A DNA stretch of 30,514 bases from a virus (IMGVR_UViG_3300025635_000116:1-30514), one strand, 5' to 3'. Shown: positions 16,611 through 25,873, counted from the first letter of the stretch. Notes: generated by a model not told the origin, from the letters alone. Translations and numbers: made by a program.

Positions 16611-16967
16611 TTAGTTGTAGAGCTTTGTAAAGGCGATTTGAAACTTGGTGGCGTCAGCTTGCCCACGGGCCTGCGACACGTCGTCAATGTAAAATGTCTC
16701 CGCTCCGATTGTGGCGTCATCCGTGTAGGTGAATGTAACGCCATAGAGTGGAAGCTTGGTCCCACTGGTAATCTTTTGCAACGTCGCTGTGCCAGTTACA
16801 AAATCGGCAATGACAACTTGCCCGCTTGGCTCATTGTCGCCGTTGCGCCGGGGAATTTTTTGAGTCGGTCTTTGAACGTCAAAGGATTCAGTGATATAGC
16901 TTACGCCACCCACTGACAGCGTTGGGCTGCCATAGGGAATTGAGCCATCGTTAATGGAAGCGGCCAT
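16611..16967 (-). CDS. Putative tail tube (major tail) protein, 118 aa
   Basis: Beta-rich, synteny before chaperone and TMP. Confidence 0.6.
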   Translation of the reverse strand: MAASINDGSIPYGSPTLSVGGVSYITESFDVQRPTQKIPRRNGDNEPSGQVVIADFVTGTATLQKITSGTKLPLYGVTFTYTDDATIGAETFYIDDVSQARGQADATKFQIAFTKLYN

Positions 16968-17038
16968 AGATTAGTGCAGTTGATTGTTAGTTAAGCTGCC
17001 CTAATGTGTCACTTACGCGCCCGGTGTCAACGTGTTTT

Positions 17039-17512
17039 TCACGTCGGCCAAGCATCATGCCGGATAGTAAAGTTGACTCGGAACTGTAAAACCGTTTGGT
17101 CAAACCGTTCGTCATCCACAAACACGGCGGAGGAACCCGATTCGCTCACAAGGCTTACGGCTAGGTAGGGTAGCCTCTGGGTTGTGTAAGTTGACAGGTC
17201 GTAAAGGTAACGGCGCACCTTGCCTAGATAGGTGGCATGGCTAGACGTGTTTTGCTCCCGGTTGGTCGTGACGGTCACTTGAACGGTTGACGTGAAATCA
17301 ATCGGCCAGTTAAACCCGTTGCTTCCCGTCTTGTATTGCTTGCCGTTCGCGCTTACGCCCGTGCATTGAACTTCTGCCCAAGGGCTAGCCTTAATGTCCG
17401 TGTCCTTTTGCTTGTAACACGTCAGGCTGGCGTCGGTTTGCAGAATCGTTTCAATGCACGATTCCAGTGCGCTTTCAAACTGGTAAATGGTTTCGATGTT
17501 GCTAGCTGGCAT
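17039..17512 (-). CDS. Putative tail terminator / completion protein
   Basis: Size and synteny. Confidence 0.55.
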   Translation of the reverse strand: MPASNIETIYQFESALESCIETILQTDASLTCYKQKDTDIKASPWAEVQCTGVSANGKQYKTGSNGFNWPIDFTSTVQVTVTTNREQNTSSHATYLGKVRRYLYDLSTYTTQRLPYLAVSLVSESGSSAVFVDDERFDQTVLQFRVNFTIRHDAWPT

Positions 17513-18305
17513 AACCTGAGTTTTCGGTTTTTCCCGGCCCGTATTTGATGAGTCGCTTTAGGTTTTGCGCCATGCTTAGGGCGCGTGAATTCAAAGCACG
17601 TTCTACCACCCATCCCATTTCCTCTGCAATGCCCGGCGTGCTGTTAATGATGGTAACGCTTGGAGATGTCTTGTCTGACAGGTCGTCAATCACCCTGCCG
17701 TGACTCGGCTTGATTTGGCGCGTTACGTAAGCCGGAAGCGGCACGCTTAACAGGTTAGCCGCCTGTCCCCATCCGCTTTTCATCGTGCCAACCTTCTGTG
17801 AACGCTCGCGCAGATAACGCCTAAACACTGAGCCTTTGACAACGTAGCGGTTCAAATAAACCTCCTTGTCGTTGCGCTTGGTGAACTTCTGATTTCCGGT
17901 CCTACCAGACACGCTTACAACCCGGCCTTTTCTGCCACGGTGCCTTTCGTGGATAGCTCGCAATTGGTCAAGCGATGCGTCGGGAAGGAATTTGTTTTGC
18001 TCCACATAGAACACAAAGCCTCCCCGCGTAACCCATAGTTTTACAAAGCCGGATGCTTTTTTAAGGTCTCGCTTTGCGTTCTTAAAATCCTCTGCTTCGA
18101 TTGGGAAAAACACCTTGAGCAAATCAGATTCCAGCTTGTTTCGGCCTTGCTGCGCTGTCTTTGGCGGCGTCTTTGAGACAATCTCACGAATCAGCATCTT
18201 GGCTTCCTGCTTCAATACCTTGCCCGCGTCGCCTACGTGCATTGCCAAGGCGTTTAGCCTGTCGCGGAAAACCGTGTCGTCAACTTGTAGCGTGGACAGG
18301 CTCAT
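17502..18305 (-). CDS. Basic neck / tail-completion protein
   Basis: Basic, KTP motif, position between head closure and terminator genes. Confidence 0.55.
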   Translation of the reverse strand: MSLSTLQVDDTVFRDRLNALAMHVGDAGKVLKQEAKMLIREIVSKTPPKTAQQGRNKLESDLLKVFFPIEAEDFKNAKRDLKKASGFVKLWVTRGGFVFYVEQNKFLPDASLDQLRAIHERHRGRKGRVVSVSGRTGNQKFTKRNDKEVYLNRYVVKGSVFRRYLRERSQKVGTMKSGWGQAANLLSVPLPAYVTRQIKPSHGRVIDDLSDKTSPSVTIINSTPGIAEEMGWVVERALNSRALSMAQNLKRLIKYGPGKTENSGYAS

Positions 18306-18610
18306 CAGTTGGACTTGGTAAGCCCCATCGTGGACAAAATGCCGTTGACTGAATCCTGCCGAGTCAAAACCCGGTAGCCGATGCTGCTAATTGTCACGCG
18401 GTCATTAACAGTTGGCGCGGTTGCCCAATCGCCAAGCACGGTCACAATCTCCGCGTCGCGGTTGTCCAAATAGCCAGCGTCTCCCATATCCAGCCGCCGC
18501 TCAATGCGGTTAAAAACGCACGTAACGGACGCTGCGGACGACGTGACAAGAATGCCAATCTCGGTTTTGAGACTGTCTATGTCCGCGTCCATTTCGGTTG
18601 CTAGGCTCAT
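18305..18610 (-). CDS. Head-closure / head-tail joining protein (gpFII-like)
   Basis: 101 aa beta protein with PTVNDRVTI...YRV motif; synteny. Confidence 0.6.
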   Translation of the reverse strand: MSLATEMDADIDSLKTEIGILVTSSAASVTCVFNRIERRLDMGDAGYLDNRDAEIVTVLGDWATAPTVNDRVTISSIGYRVLTRQDSVNGILSTMGLTKSN

Positions 18611-18644
18611 GGCTTGTCAACGTAACAGACGCGGGCGGCAATGT

Positions 18645-19220
18645 CTAGGACGGGGGAGGGGCTTCCGTAGTCGCGCTGCTGTGGTGGTATTCGTGAAGGA
18701 TGCGCGGAATGTGAACGGAGGTTTTGGCTACGGCGCAAAGGCGGGAGGCATACTGCCAGTCTTCTCCATACGACGTAGCCGGAAAAAAGCTCTGAACCGC
18801 CAGCCCGCGCCGCCAAGCACAAACGTGCCATGCGTTGCGGAGCGTTATACCGCCGGGATTGAACGGATGGTTGGGATTGCCAAGCTGGAATTGAACTTCG
18901 GACGTGTGTTCATTAACCTGCGAATGCTGGTTGAAAGTCACCACGTCAACGCCGGGGTTTGATTGTATGGCCAAGACAATTTCAGCCACGTAATCGGGCC
19001 TAACCCAATCATCATCATCGCAATAGGCGACATACTGCCCGCGTGAGGCTCGCAGCAAAGCGTCCCGCTTCTCGCCTACAGTGCGCCGCTTGTTGTCCAC
19101 CAAGGTTAAATGTTCAACCGGCTTGTCGCCAATCTGCCGCGCTAGTTCGTCGGATAGCTTTTGAAGCTGCGCCCAGCGGCTAGGGACGGCAGGCGTCAAG
19201 ATGGAAAGAAGAATGCTCAT
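18645..19220 (-). CDS. Glycosyltransferase family 2 (GT-A)
   Basis: LSILTP, GEKRDALL, GQYVAYCDDDD (DXD), GED motifs. Confidence 0.85.
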   Translation of the reverse strand: MSILLSILTPAVPSRWAQLQKLSDELARQIGDKPVEHLTLVDNKRRTVGEKRDALLRASRGQYVAYCDDDDWVRPDYVAEIVLAIQSNPGVDVVTFNQHSQVNEHTSEVQFQLGNPNHPFNPGGITLRNAWHVCAWRRGLAVQSFFPATSYGEDWQYASRLCAVAKTSVHIPRILHEYHHSSATTEAPPPS

Positions 19221-19438
19221 TTTGTCAGGCGTTTGATTTCGTAGTCCAAGTAAGTCCTAGCCTTTTCCAAATCTTCAATCGTGCTGCCCTTATGTCCCGC
19301 ACGCCAGATGTATTTTTGAACGTTGCCAAGCGCAAAAGACATATGCTGCGCGACGTCTATGCACTCAATACGCCTGCCGCATTCGCATTTTGCCGGGCTG
19401 CTATTGTAGTGCTTAGGATGGTGAACTTGGTCGCTCAT
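19217..19438 (-). CDS. DUF3310-family protein (T7 gp1.7-like)
   Basis: VHHPKHY...IECID...GNVQKYIWRAGHK...EDLEKARTYL signature. Confidence 0.85.
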   Translation of the reverse strand: MSDQVHHPKHYNSSPAKCECGRRIECIDVAQHMSFALGNVQKYIWRAGHKGSTIEDLEKARTYLDYEIKRLTK

Positions 19439-21660
19439 TTCGGCACGCGGTAAATCCAAATCGGAACAAGCGGAACCGCGCCGGGAAGCAATTCGTTGAC
19501 GGCATTCATTACCTCGGCGTGTTGCGCGTCATGCCCTGCCAGCACTGCGCCGGGCTTCATTTTGGGCAGCCAAGCGGCGATGTCGCGCTTGACGCTCTCG
19601 TAATCGTGCGCGGCGTCAATGAAGACAAATGACAACGATTTGTCCTCAAACCATTTCGCGCCGTTTGCTGAGTCGTCTTGAATCACGCAAATGTCGTCAC
19701 TGACTCCGCAGCGGTCAATGTTCGCTTCAAAGGCTGCCAAGTTGCTTCCGCCGTTTGCCGCTACCGTATCAGCGTGCGCGGTCTGTCCTTCCTCGCCCTT
19801 AAAGCTGTCAACGGCGTAAATCTGTACTTGCTTGCCAGCCCGCTTGATTCGTTGCGCGAGATACGTGATTGACCGGCCAAGCCAGACGCCAACCTCAACG
19901 GCCTTGTCGCCGTCTTTTAGCGAGTCCGCGACTAGCTTGTAGAAATCAAAGAAGTTGAACCATCCCGGTATAGTTGACCAATCATTGCCCATTCGCAGGC
20001 GTTCAATGACGGCTTGACCTTGTGCGTATCGTGCCGGTGCGTTTTGTTCTGAGTGTGTTTTGTCCATCGGCTCGCCCGTAAAAATGGGGTGCCGGTGCAA
20101 AAACTCAATGTGCTTGGCTTCAATAACCTGCCCGCGTGCGTAGGCAACCTCCGTGAACCAGTTGTCCGAATACACCCCGGTAAAGTCAGGATGGAAAAGA
20201 AAGAAATCCTGACAGTAATACGCCCGCGTGCAAATCGCCATGCAAAGCAATTTGTCTTTCCGGTGTCCGTCCGAAATCGCCAACACGGCAGGCTTTTTCA
20301 AGTCGCCAATGGCATTCAAAATCAGCGTGTCCCATCCTTGGCAGGGAACCCAATCATCGGACAGTTGAAGCATCACGTCTCCGATGCTCATTTGCGCGGC
20401 AGTATTCCACGCGGCAACGCAACCGCCTCCCGCCGCAATCTCGGCATGGTGAAAGCGGCGAAGCGGCTTGCTCTCTTCGTCGTCCTCGTCAAACACAAAG
20501 ATGTGTTCAATGTTCTCAGGCTTGTCGGCCATGTCCAACCAGACCTTGCGGCACAAAACCGCTTGCTGCGGTCGGCCTCGCGTTGCGTGCAGGAGCGAAA
20601 TGCGGCAGCCGCCAGCCTTGGCTAGAGCAGCGCGGCGGGCAACGTCAACCGCTTCCCGGTGTCCATTCATCCGCAAAGCCTGCATCATTAAGTCTTCGCC
20701 AAGCCAACCGTAGAAGCTCTGCCGATTATTCCAGTCCTTATGCAACGGCGGCGGAGTCGCCATCATTTGCCGCGCATAGGTCAAAGCCAGCTCTGGCTTG
20801 CCATAGTCAAGGGCATTGGATGACAGCACGCCAAGAGCCTCACGCCGGGAAGGGTCGGCACGGTAGGCTTCATGCAGCAGCGTCTCCCGCATAATTGCGT
20901 CGTCAGTCATGCGAGCCAAGTTCATCAACATTTCATACTTCTCAGCGCGGCCCAAACGCGGGTCTTCAAATGCCTTTTGTGCGGTGCGAATGCTGCCCTC
21001 CTTGTCGCCAATGCCCATCAGTTCTCCGTGCAAGTGATAGAGCAAACCGGGATGCATTTCGCTCTCGGGAATGCTCTTAAGGATTCGCAGGTTGCGCTCA
21101 TTGCTGCCCGACTTGTCAAACCGGGGCGAGTGAAGAATGACAACGCGGTCATCCTGTGCGCCTTGGATTGGTTCGATGTCGAACTTGAAACATTCGTGGA
21201 CGGGATATTGCCACTTGCCGCACGTGCGATTGATAAGCCTTTCACGCGGAACGCTTACGCCAAGCCCGCTAATTTTGTAGGGGAAAACGTAGGTCGCATA
21301 AAGCCCCTCGCGTGCGTGCTGGCGAATCAACTCGCCGCCGCTTTCCAACGTATCGTCAGAGTCGCACCAGAAACACCAGTCGTTAGAAGCTAAGTCAAAG
21401 CTCATTTGGCGGGCCGCTGCAAAATCGTCAACGTGCTTCCAATCCTCATGGCCGGGCTTGTTCCGATATTCGCCCCACACAAGCGGAATGCCCAATTCAG
21501 CAAGCACGCGCCGGGCGATGGCTTCCGTATCGTCAGGCGTCGCGCAACCGATGGCGCGAACTAGGGCAACCTCGTCGCAATGCGGGGCAAAGTTTCTCAG
21601 GCAGCGTTCGATGTATTCGGACACGTTGCCGACAATCATGGTCAAACTGACTTTGCTCAT
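19435..21660 (-). CDS. Fusion protein: GT2 + TPR-like + second GT-A + class I SAM methyltransferase
   Basis: DDFAAARQ/WCDSDD/VHE (GT2); helical repeats; HATRGRP/LSDDW/YSDN (GT-A); VEVGVWLGRS/FIDAAHDYE/GHD (Methyltransf_24-like). Confidence 0.85.
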   Translation of the reverse strand: MSKVSLTMIVGNVSEYIERCLRNFAPHCDEVALVRAIGCATPDDTEAIARRVLAELGIPLVWGEYRNKPGHEDWKHVDDFAAARQMSFDLASNDWCFWCDSDDTLESGGELIRQHAREGLYATYVFPYKISGLGVSVPRERLINRTCGKWQYPVHECFKFDIEPIQGAQDDRVVILHSPRFDKSGSNERNLRILKSIPESEMHPGLLYHLHGELMGIGDKEGSIRTAQKAFEDPRLGRAEKYEMLMNLARMTDDAIMRETLLHEAYRADPSRREALGVLSSNALDYGKPELALTYARQMMATPPPLHKDWNNRQSFYGWLGEDLMMQALRMNGHREAVDVARRAALAKAGGCRISLLHATRGRPQQAVLCRKVWLDMADKPENIEHIFVFDEDDEESKPLRRFHHAEIAAGGGCVAAWNTAAQMSIGDVMLQLSDDWVPCQGWDTLILNAIGDLKKPAVLAISDGHRKDKLLCMAICTRAYYCQDFFLFHPDFTGVYSDNWFTEVAYARGQVIEAKHIEFLHRHPIFTGEPMDKTHSEQNAPARYAQGQAVIERLRMGNDWSTIPGWFNFFDFYKLVADSLKDGDKAVEVGVWLGRSITYLAQRIKRAGKQVQIYAVDSFKGEEGQTAHADTVAANGGSNLAAFEANIDRCGVSDDICVIQDDSANGAKWFEDKSLSFVFIDAAHDYESVKRDIAAWLPKMKPGAVLAGHDAQHAEVMNAVNELLPGAVPLVPIWIYRVPK

Positions 21661-21661
21661 G

Positions 21662-21853
21662 TTAATTCAATCCCGGCTTGTTGATAGATTCAGCTTGCTC
21701 GCACAACTCAACGCAGCAATCCAAAATTGCCGACGCCTGAGCAATACATGAAAGTTGCTCGCAAAGTTTGCCTTCTTTTTTCGCCAAGCTCGCGGCTTTG
21801 TTCAAAGTATCGGCACGTGCCCTCCAAAGCTCCAACAGCTCATTGATTCTCAT
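21662..21853 (-). CDS. Small helical hypothetical protein, 63 aa (MRINELLELW...)
   Basis: ATGA overlap with the upstream ORF; stop 1 nt before the GT start. Confidence 0.6.
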   Translation of the reverse strand: MRINELLELWRARADTLNKAASLAKKEGKLCEQLSCIAQASAILDCCVELCEQAESINKPGLN

Positions 21854-22014
21854 AGCCAAGCCTCCAAGGTGAAGCGGCACTCGCCGCAGGTTAAAGTCTG
21901 AAACGCCCGCGTATTGAACCCGCGCCGGTCAAGTTCATCTTGTGCGGCTTTCAATCGCGCAGGCTTGCTATCTTTCTTGAGCGGGAATCGCTTTGTCGGT
22001 TTCGGTGGTTTCAT
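21850..22014 (-). CDS. Small basic hypothetical protein, 54 aa (MKPPKPTKRF...CGEC...)
   Basis: Manual translation; fills the gap and is coupled to the next gene. Confidence 0.55.
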   Translation of the reverse strand: MKPPKPTKRFPLKKDSKPARLKAAQDELDRRGFNTRAFQTLTCGECRFTLEAWL

Positions 22015-22023
22015 AAATCAAAA

Positions 22024-22101
22024 TCCCGCACGCCGTTTGCTTTGAACGTCGCTGAGTGAGCGGCGTAACGGCGGCGGGAAATTGGAGTTGACGTTCAAAG
22101 C
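22024..22101 (-). promoter_or_regulatory. Structured 5' leader with two interleaved helices
   Basis: GCTTTGAACGTC/GACGTTCAAAGC (12 bp) crossed with TCCCGC-CGCCGTT/AACGGCG-T-GCGGGA. Confidence 0.6.
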
Positions 22102-22106
22102 GTCGC

Positions 22107-22135
22107 AATTCAAGCGTCGCCAAAACTCATGTCAA
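22107..22135 (-). promoter_or_regulatory. Putative sigma70 promoter TTGACA-N17-TGAATT
   Basis: Perfect -35, 17 bp spacer, just downstream of the capsid terminator. Confidence 0.55.
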
Positions 22136-22148
22136 GAGGCAGGACAAC

Positions 22149-22177
22149 AAAAAAGCCCCGGTGATTAGCCGGGGCTT
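22149..22177 (-). terminator. Rho-independent terminator after the major capsid gene
   Basis: AAGCCCCGG-loop-CCGGGGCTT continuing into a T-run on the minus strand. Confidence 0.9.
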
Positions 22178-22193
22178 GTGAGTGTGCTAGGCG

Positions 22194-23078
22194 TTAATCA
22201 AGCCGCTTCAACACGCGGCCACCAGTGGACAGGCCGCGAGCGTAACCGTAGTTCGCTTCCATGGCGATATACCGAGTGCCGGTAGCGTTGTCGTAGAACT
22301 GGCGCAAGCCAAGGGTAAGGCCGGTCTCAGGGTCAGTCACCGGGCCAGCAGCTTCATAGGTGTTGCCGGACTGCGGCTGGAGGTAGCGCATCGCAATTGC
22401 AATCGCGTTCGGATGGCACGCAAAACCCATGACGGACGCGCCAGACGTAAACAGATTGTTCAACTCATACAGGTCAAACCCAAGAGCGCGGCGAACCTTG
22501 CCCTCCTGAATAACCTGATTGTCAGCGAATGCATACGCCTGAACGAAGTTCGTGACGGAGAGCAGCGCATCCATCGGCGTGCAGTCCAGAATCATCGAAC
22601 GCGGTTCCATCGGCACGTCGTTCTGGTTCAGCAAGAGCCGGGTGGCGCGAAGCTGCGGAACGTCAAGCGCGGTGCTGGACACGGCAGTGGCGAGCGAGAA
22701 GTTCGCCGTGGTCACGAGGCTCAGAATGTCCTGCATGACAAGTGTAGCGAGGGCCGCACCCTGCTGACGGCCAAAGCTTTCAAGGCTCGCAGCGGACGAA
22801 TTCGCAGCGTCCAAATCGCCCTGCCCGACCGCAATAAACTTGTGCCCGGTAAGCGAGACGGTAACAACGGTTTTGGTGCCGTTGCAAACCGCGTAGCTGC
22901 CGCCAAACGTAGTGGCAGTCAGGTTGCTAACGACGGGAACCAAAACGCTTGCGCCCTTGGTGCCGGGCGAAGCGGAGAAGTTCGTCGAAAAAGCGCGAAG
23001 CGGAGCGAGGATTTTTACAAACCCCTCAAGCGCACTTTGCGCGAAAATTTCATTATCAAGGTTGGTGTAGGTTGCCAT
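22194..23078 (-). CDS. Major capsid protein
   Basis: 294 aa after protease/scaffold and followed by a strong terminator; HK97-fold-like motifs (LGFDLYE, FACHPNAIAIA, YGY). Confidence 0.85.
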   Translation of the reverse strand: MATYTNLDNEIFAQSALEGFVKILAPLRAFSTNFSASPGTKGASVLVPVVSNLTATTFGGSYAVCNGTKTVVTVSLTGHKFIAVGQGDLDAANSSAASLESFGRQQGAALATLVMQDILSLVTTANFSLATAVSSTALDVPQLRATRLLLNQNDVPMEPRSMILDCTPMDALLSVTNFVQAYAFADNQVIQEGKVRRALGFDLYELNNLFTSGASVMGFACHPNAIAIAMRYLQPQSGNTYEAAGPVTDPETGLTLGLRQFYDNATGTRYIAMEANYGYARGLSTGGRVLKRLD

Positions 23079-23095
23079 GTGTTTGTTTGTTTATG

Positions 23096-23548
23096 TTACT
23101 TACTGAGAGCGGCCAGCCGCGCAGCGTCATTGGCGGCGCGGATTGCTTTCCGGTTTTCGCGGAAATAGGTAGCCCGTTTATTCGGGTCAGTAATAGCGGC
23201 GAGTGCGGCGGCGTGGTCAACCGGCGTGCCGGAAGCATTGCCGGAAGGAGCGGCAGCAATCGGATTCACGCCAATGCCCGCAACGATTTCAACCGCTTTG
23301 GCTGTAGCCGTCTTCGTCACGCTGTCAGCAAGCTTAACCTTGTCAGCTTCAAGCGCGGCAACCTTCGCGGCAAGCGCGTCGCGTTCTTGAATCAGCGCAA
23401 CCTTTTCGGCGGCGAGGGCATCGCGGGCGGTAGTGGCCTCGGCAAGCAGCGCGGAAGCATCAAAGGCGGCTTTGGCGTTCGCGGCAGATTCAGCTTTGAG
23501 CGCGCCAATTTCGGCCTTAAGGTTTGCCAGTTCTTGAAGTGCGGTCAT
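23096..23548 (-). CDS. Ala-rich coiled-coil scaffold-like protein
   Basis: Coiled coil; lies between protease and capsid. Confidence 0.7.
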   Translation of the reverse strand: MTALQELANLKAEIGALKAESAANAKAAFDASALLAEATTARDALAAEKVALIQERDALAAKVAALEADKVKLADSVTKTATAKAVEIVAGIGVNPIAAAPSGNASGTPVDHAAALAAITDPNKRATYFRENRKAIRAANDAARLAALSK

Positions 23549-23568
23549 AAGTTTTGCTTCTCGTTACA

Positions 23569-24378
23569 TTACGCCGTCTTATCTGTCAAGAGTGCGAGCA
23601 AGATTTTTTTCGCTTCGTCGGAGTCGCGCACCATTTCGTCAACGAGTTTCACGTTGCCCGCTTGGTAGCCCATGAACGTTTGCCCCTGCATGGTTTCGTC
23701 GTCCATGCCAGGCCGGTGTTTCTTGACGTGTTCCTTGAACACTTCCGCAAGGCTATCAACTTTGGCTTGTATCTCAGCGGCTTGAGCTTCCGAAAGCGAC
23801 GTGCCGGGAACGCCTGCGCCCTTGAATTTACCGGAGCGAAACACGTTCACAATGATTCCCATTGCCTTCGCCATCGCGGAAATGTCTTGGTGCGCGACAT
23901 AAACGCCAATGCTGCCAACCTCTGCGGACGGAGTTGCAAGAATGGCGCGGGTAGGGGCGGCGAGCCAGTAAGCCGCCGAGCAGCACAAACCGCCTGTGAA
24001 GGAAATCGTTGGCTTGGTAGCCGCAACGTCTTCAATCAGGCTCGCAAGCTCTGGTGTGCCTGTGACTGTGCCGCCCGGCGAATTGAAATCAAGCAGGATG
24101 CCTTTGACGGCTGGATTGGTAACCGCGTCCTCAAGTTGCGTGCGGATGGATTCAGGCCGCGCAAAGCCAAGCGCGGAAGCGAAAGCGGGCAATCCCGCTA
24201 CAATGGGGCCGTGAATCTGGATTGTGGCAACGCCGTCGCCGTCAACTTCTAGCGGGTCATCCTCATAATCATCGCCAAATAAATCCTCCAAAATGCCGCT
24301 CTGTAATTCGCCAAGCTTGGCAAACCATCGGCGCGGTTCAATGAGCAGAAGTTCCTGAGTTTCTAAGATGGCTTTCAT
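23569..24378 (-). CDS. S49 (SppA / lambda gpC-like) head maturation protease
   Basis: FNSPGG, CSAAYWLA, VGSIGV, SGKFK motifs. Confidence 0.92.
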   Translation of the reverse strand: MKAILETQELLLIEPRRWFAKLGELQSGILEDLFGDDYEDDPLEVDGDGVATIQIHGPIVAGLPAFASALGFARPESIRTQLEDAVTNPAVKGILLDFNSPGGTVTGTPELASLIEDVAATKPTISFTGGLCCSAAYWLAAPTRAILATPSAEVGSIGVYVAHQDISAMAKAMGIIVNVFRSGKFKGAGVPGTSLSEAQAAEIQAKVDSLAEVFKEHVKKHRPGMDDETMQGQTFMGYQAGNVKLVDEMVRDSDEAKKILLALLTDKTA

Positions 24379-25868
24379 TGCGTAACTGGTTGCGGTTCTT
24401 GCGGCGTCATCGTCGCGGGCGGATTCGCGCTGCGTTGCTGCATGAGTGACAAAGCCGCTTCAATTGTGATTCCGTGACGTGCCGCAAGTGCGCCCGCACG
24501 GTTTAGCAAGTCGTCAGTTTCTTTCTCTTGCTGCGCCCGTTCTTCTTCCCACCATTTGCCACGGCGGGCAGCCAAGTCTTTCAGCGTCACTAATCCCAGC
24601 TTGTATTCCTCGCGGTCAACTTGCGACGAATACCCCTTGTCTGCGGTCAATTCCTCTGGCGTCTGATGCGAGAATTTCCACCAGTCGGCATTCGCGGGAA
24701 GCTCTCCGGCCTTTACAGCTTTTGCCACGCGCCAAGCGTCAATGCGCGTTGCCATTTTTTGCGCTATGGCCTGATATTTTTCAACGGTGGTTTGCGCCAC
24801 TTCCATCACCATTCGCAAAGACGCGCCGCCGATTTTGCTCGCGTCATACGTGAGTTCAACCGGCCAGTTGATAGCCTGCAATCCGTCCCGCGTGACACGT
24901 TCCCAAAACGCCTGCGAGTTTTGCGACGGCCGGGAGCTTTCGGGAAACTCTACTTTGCTTCCGCTATTGGCGCGGAACACGCGAATTGAGCCGCCGTCCA
25001 CACGCTCCTCGTAAATCGTGCCGCCATTCGCGCCCGTGTAGCTCTGCATTTCGTCCGCGTCGGGGTCAAGTGCGCCTTCCTCGGTGTGTTCTACCACGGC
25101 GTAACTGGCTTCTTTCTTGAGCGCGAGCCGCAAGAATTCAAACGCTTGCTTGCGGTCCTGCCAGTCCCGAATGCCTGACGCAATGCGGCTGACTCCGCGC
25201 ACTTGTTCAGCGAAGTCAGGCTCGAAATAAAGCACCAAGTCGGCTGAACTCACCTCTTGAAACGCCGTGAAATCAGCGTTGTAAATCCGGTAGCCAATCG
25301 CCCGGCCATAGTCATTCAGGATGACGCCGTTAATGATGGGCCTGCCCGCGAACGCGCCGCTTTCAACCTTGGGCAACTCACTGGGCGAGCCAATACGGTG
25401 CGCGGGAATAAGCTGAATCTGCGGGTAGGCCGCGTCCTCGCTTTGGGTGAGCAGGATTCCAATGTCACCGTCCCGAATAATGGACGTGAGCGAGACTTCA
25501 AGCGCGGAATTCCAGTCGTATGCCCCGCCGCCAAGCACACAGATTTTGTGCCACTCGTAAAGCAACGACTCCGCTTGCTCACCCCACGCCTTATCCTCGC
25601 CGTAAAACTGCGGGATAAACGCATTGCCAACCGACACGCGAGCGATGGTCTTGATTGCGTTTTGCAACGGCGGGCAGTTGGCAAAGAGATACCGGCCAAG
25701 GCTAAGAAGTTCGCGCTGCCCGGCTGCCGCGATGTTGGAAAAGTCGCGGGCTTGCGTGATTATGTAAGGCCGGTTTCTGTCCCAACGAGCCGCGTCGTAA
25801 AGCGTATTGCCTTGCGTGGAATAAGGCTTCCCGTAGGCGTCCAAAATCTTGATTGGCTTCTCTGCCAT
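24375..25868 (-). CDS. Portal protein, lambda family
   Basis: 497 aa; RDGD, NGVILNDYGRAIGY, EQVRGVS motifs; synteny. Confidence 0.9.
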   Translation of the reverse strand: MAEKPIKILDAYGKPYSTQGNTLYDAARWDRNRPYIITQARDFSNIAAAGQRELLSLGRYLFANCPPLQNAIKTIARVSVGNAFIPQFYGEDKAWGEQAESLLYEWHKICVLGGGAYDWNSALEVSLTSIIRDGDIGILLTQSEDAAYPQIQLIPAHRIGSPSELPKVESGAFAGRPIINGVILNDYGRAIGYRIYNADFTAFQEVSSADLVLYFEPDFAEQVRGVSRIASGIRDWQDRKQAFEFLRLALKKEASYAVVEHTEEGALDPDADEMQSYTGANGGTIYEERVDGGSIRVFRANSGSKVEFPESSRPSQNSQAFWERVTRDGLQAINWPVELTYDASKIGGASLRMVMEVAQTTVEKYQAIAQKMATRIDAWRVAKAVKAGELPANADWWKFSHQTPEELTADKGYSSQVDREEYKLGLVTLKDLAARRGKWWEEERAQQEKETDDLLNRAGALAARHGITIEAALSLMQQRSANPPATMTPQEPQPVTQ

Positions 25869-25873
25869 AGCGG

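Noticed and set aside
16571-16765. Alternate-frame ORF bridging tail tube and chaperone (possible frameshift extension)
   Set aside because: No convincing slippery site, and the peptide looks non-coding
22413-24252. Long plus-strand ORFs (251, 239, 232 aa) and similar ones elsewhere
   Set aside because: Antisense shadows of well-supported minus-strand genes
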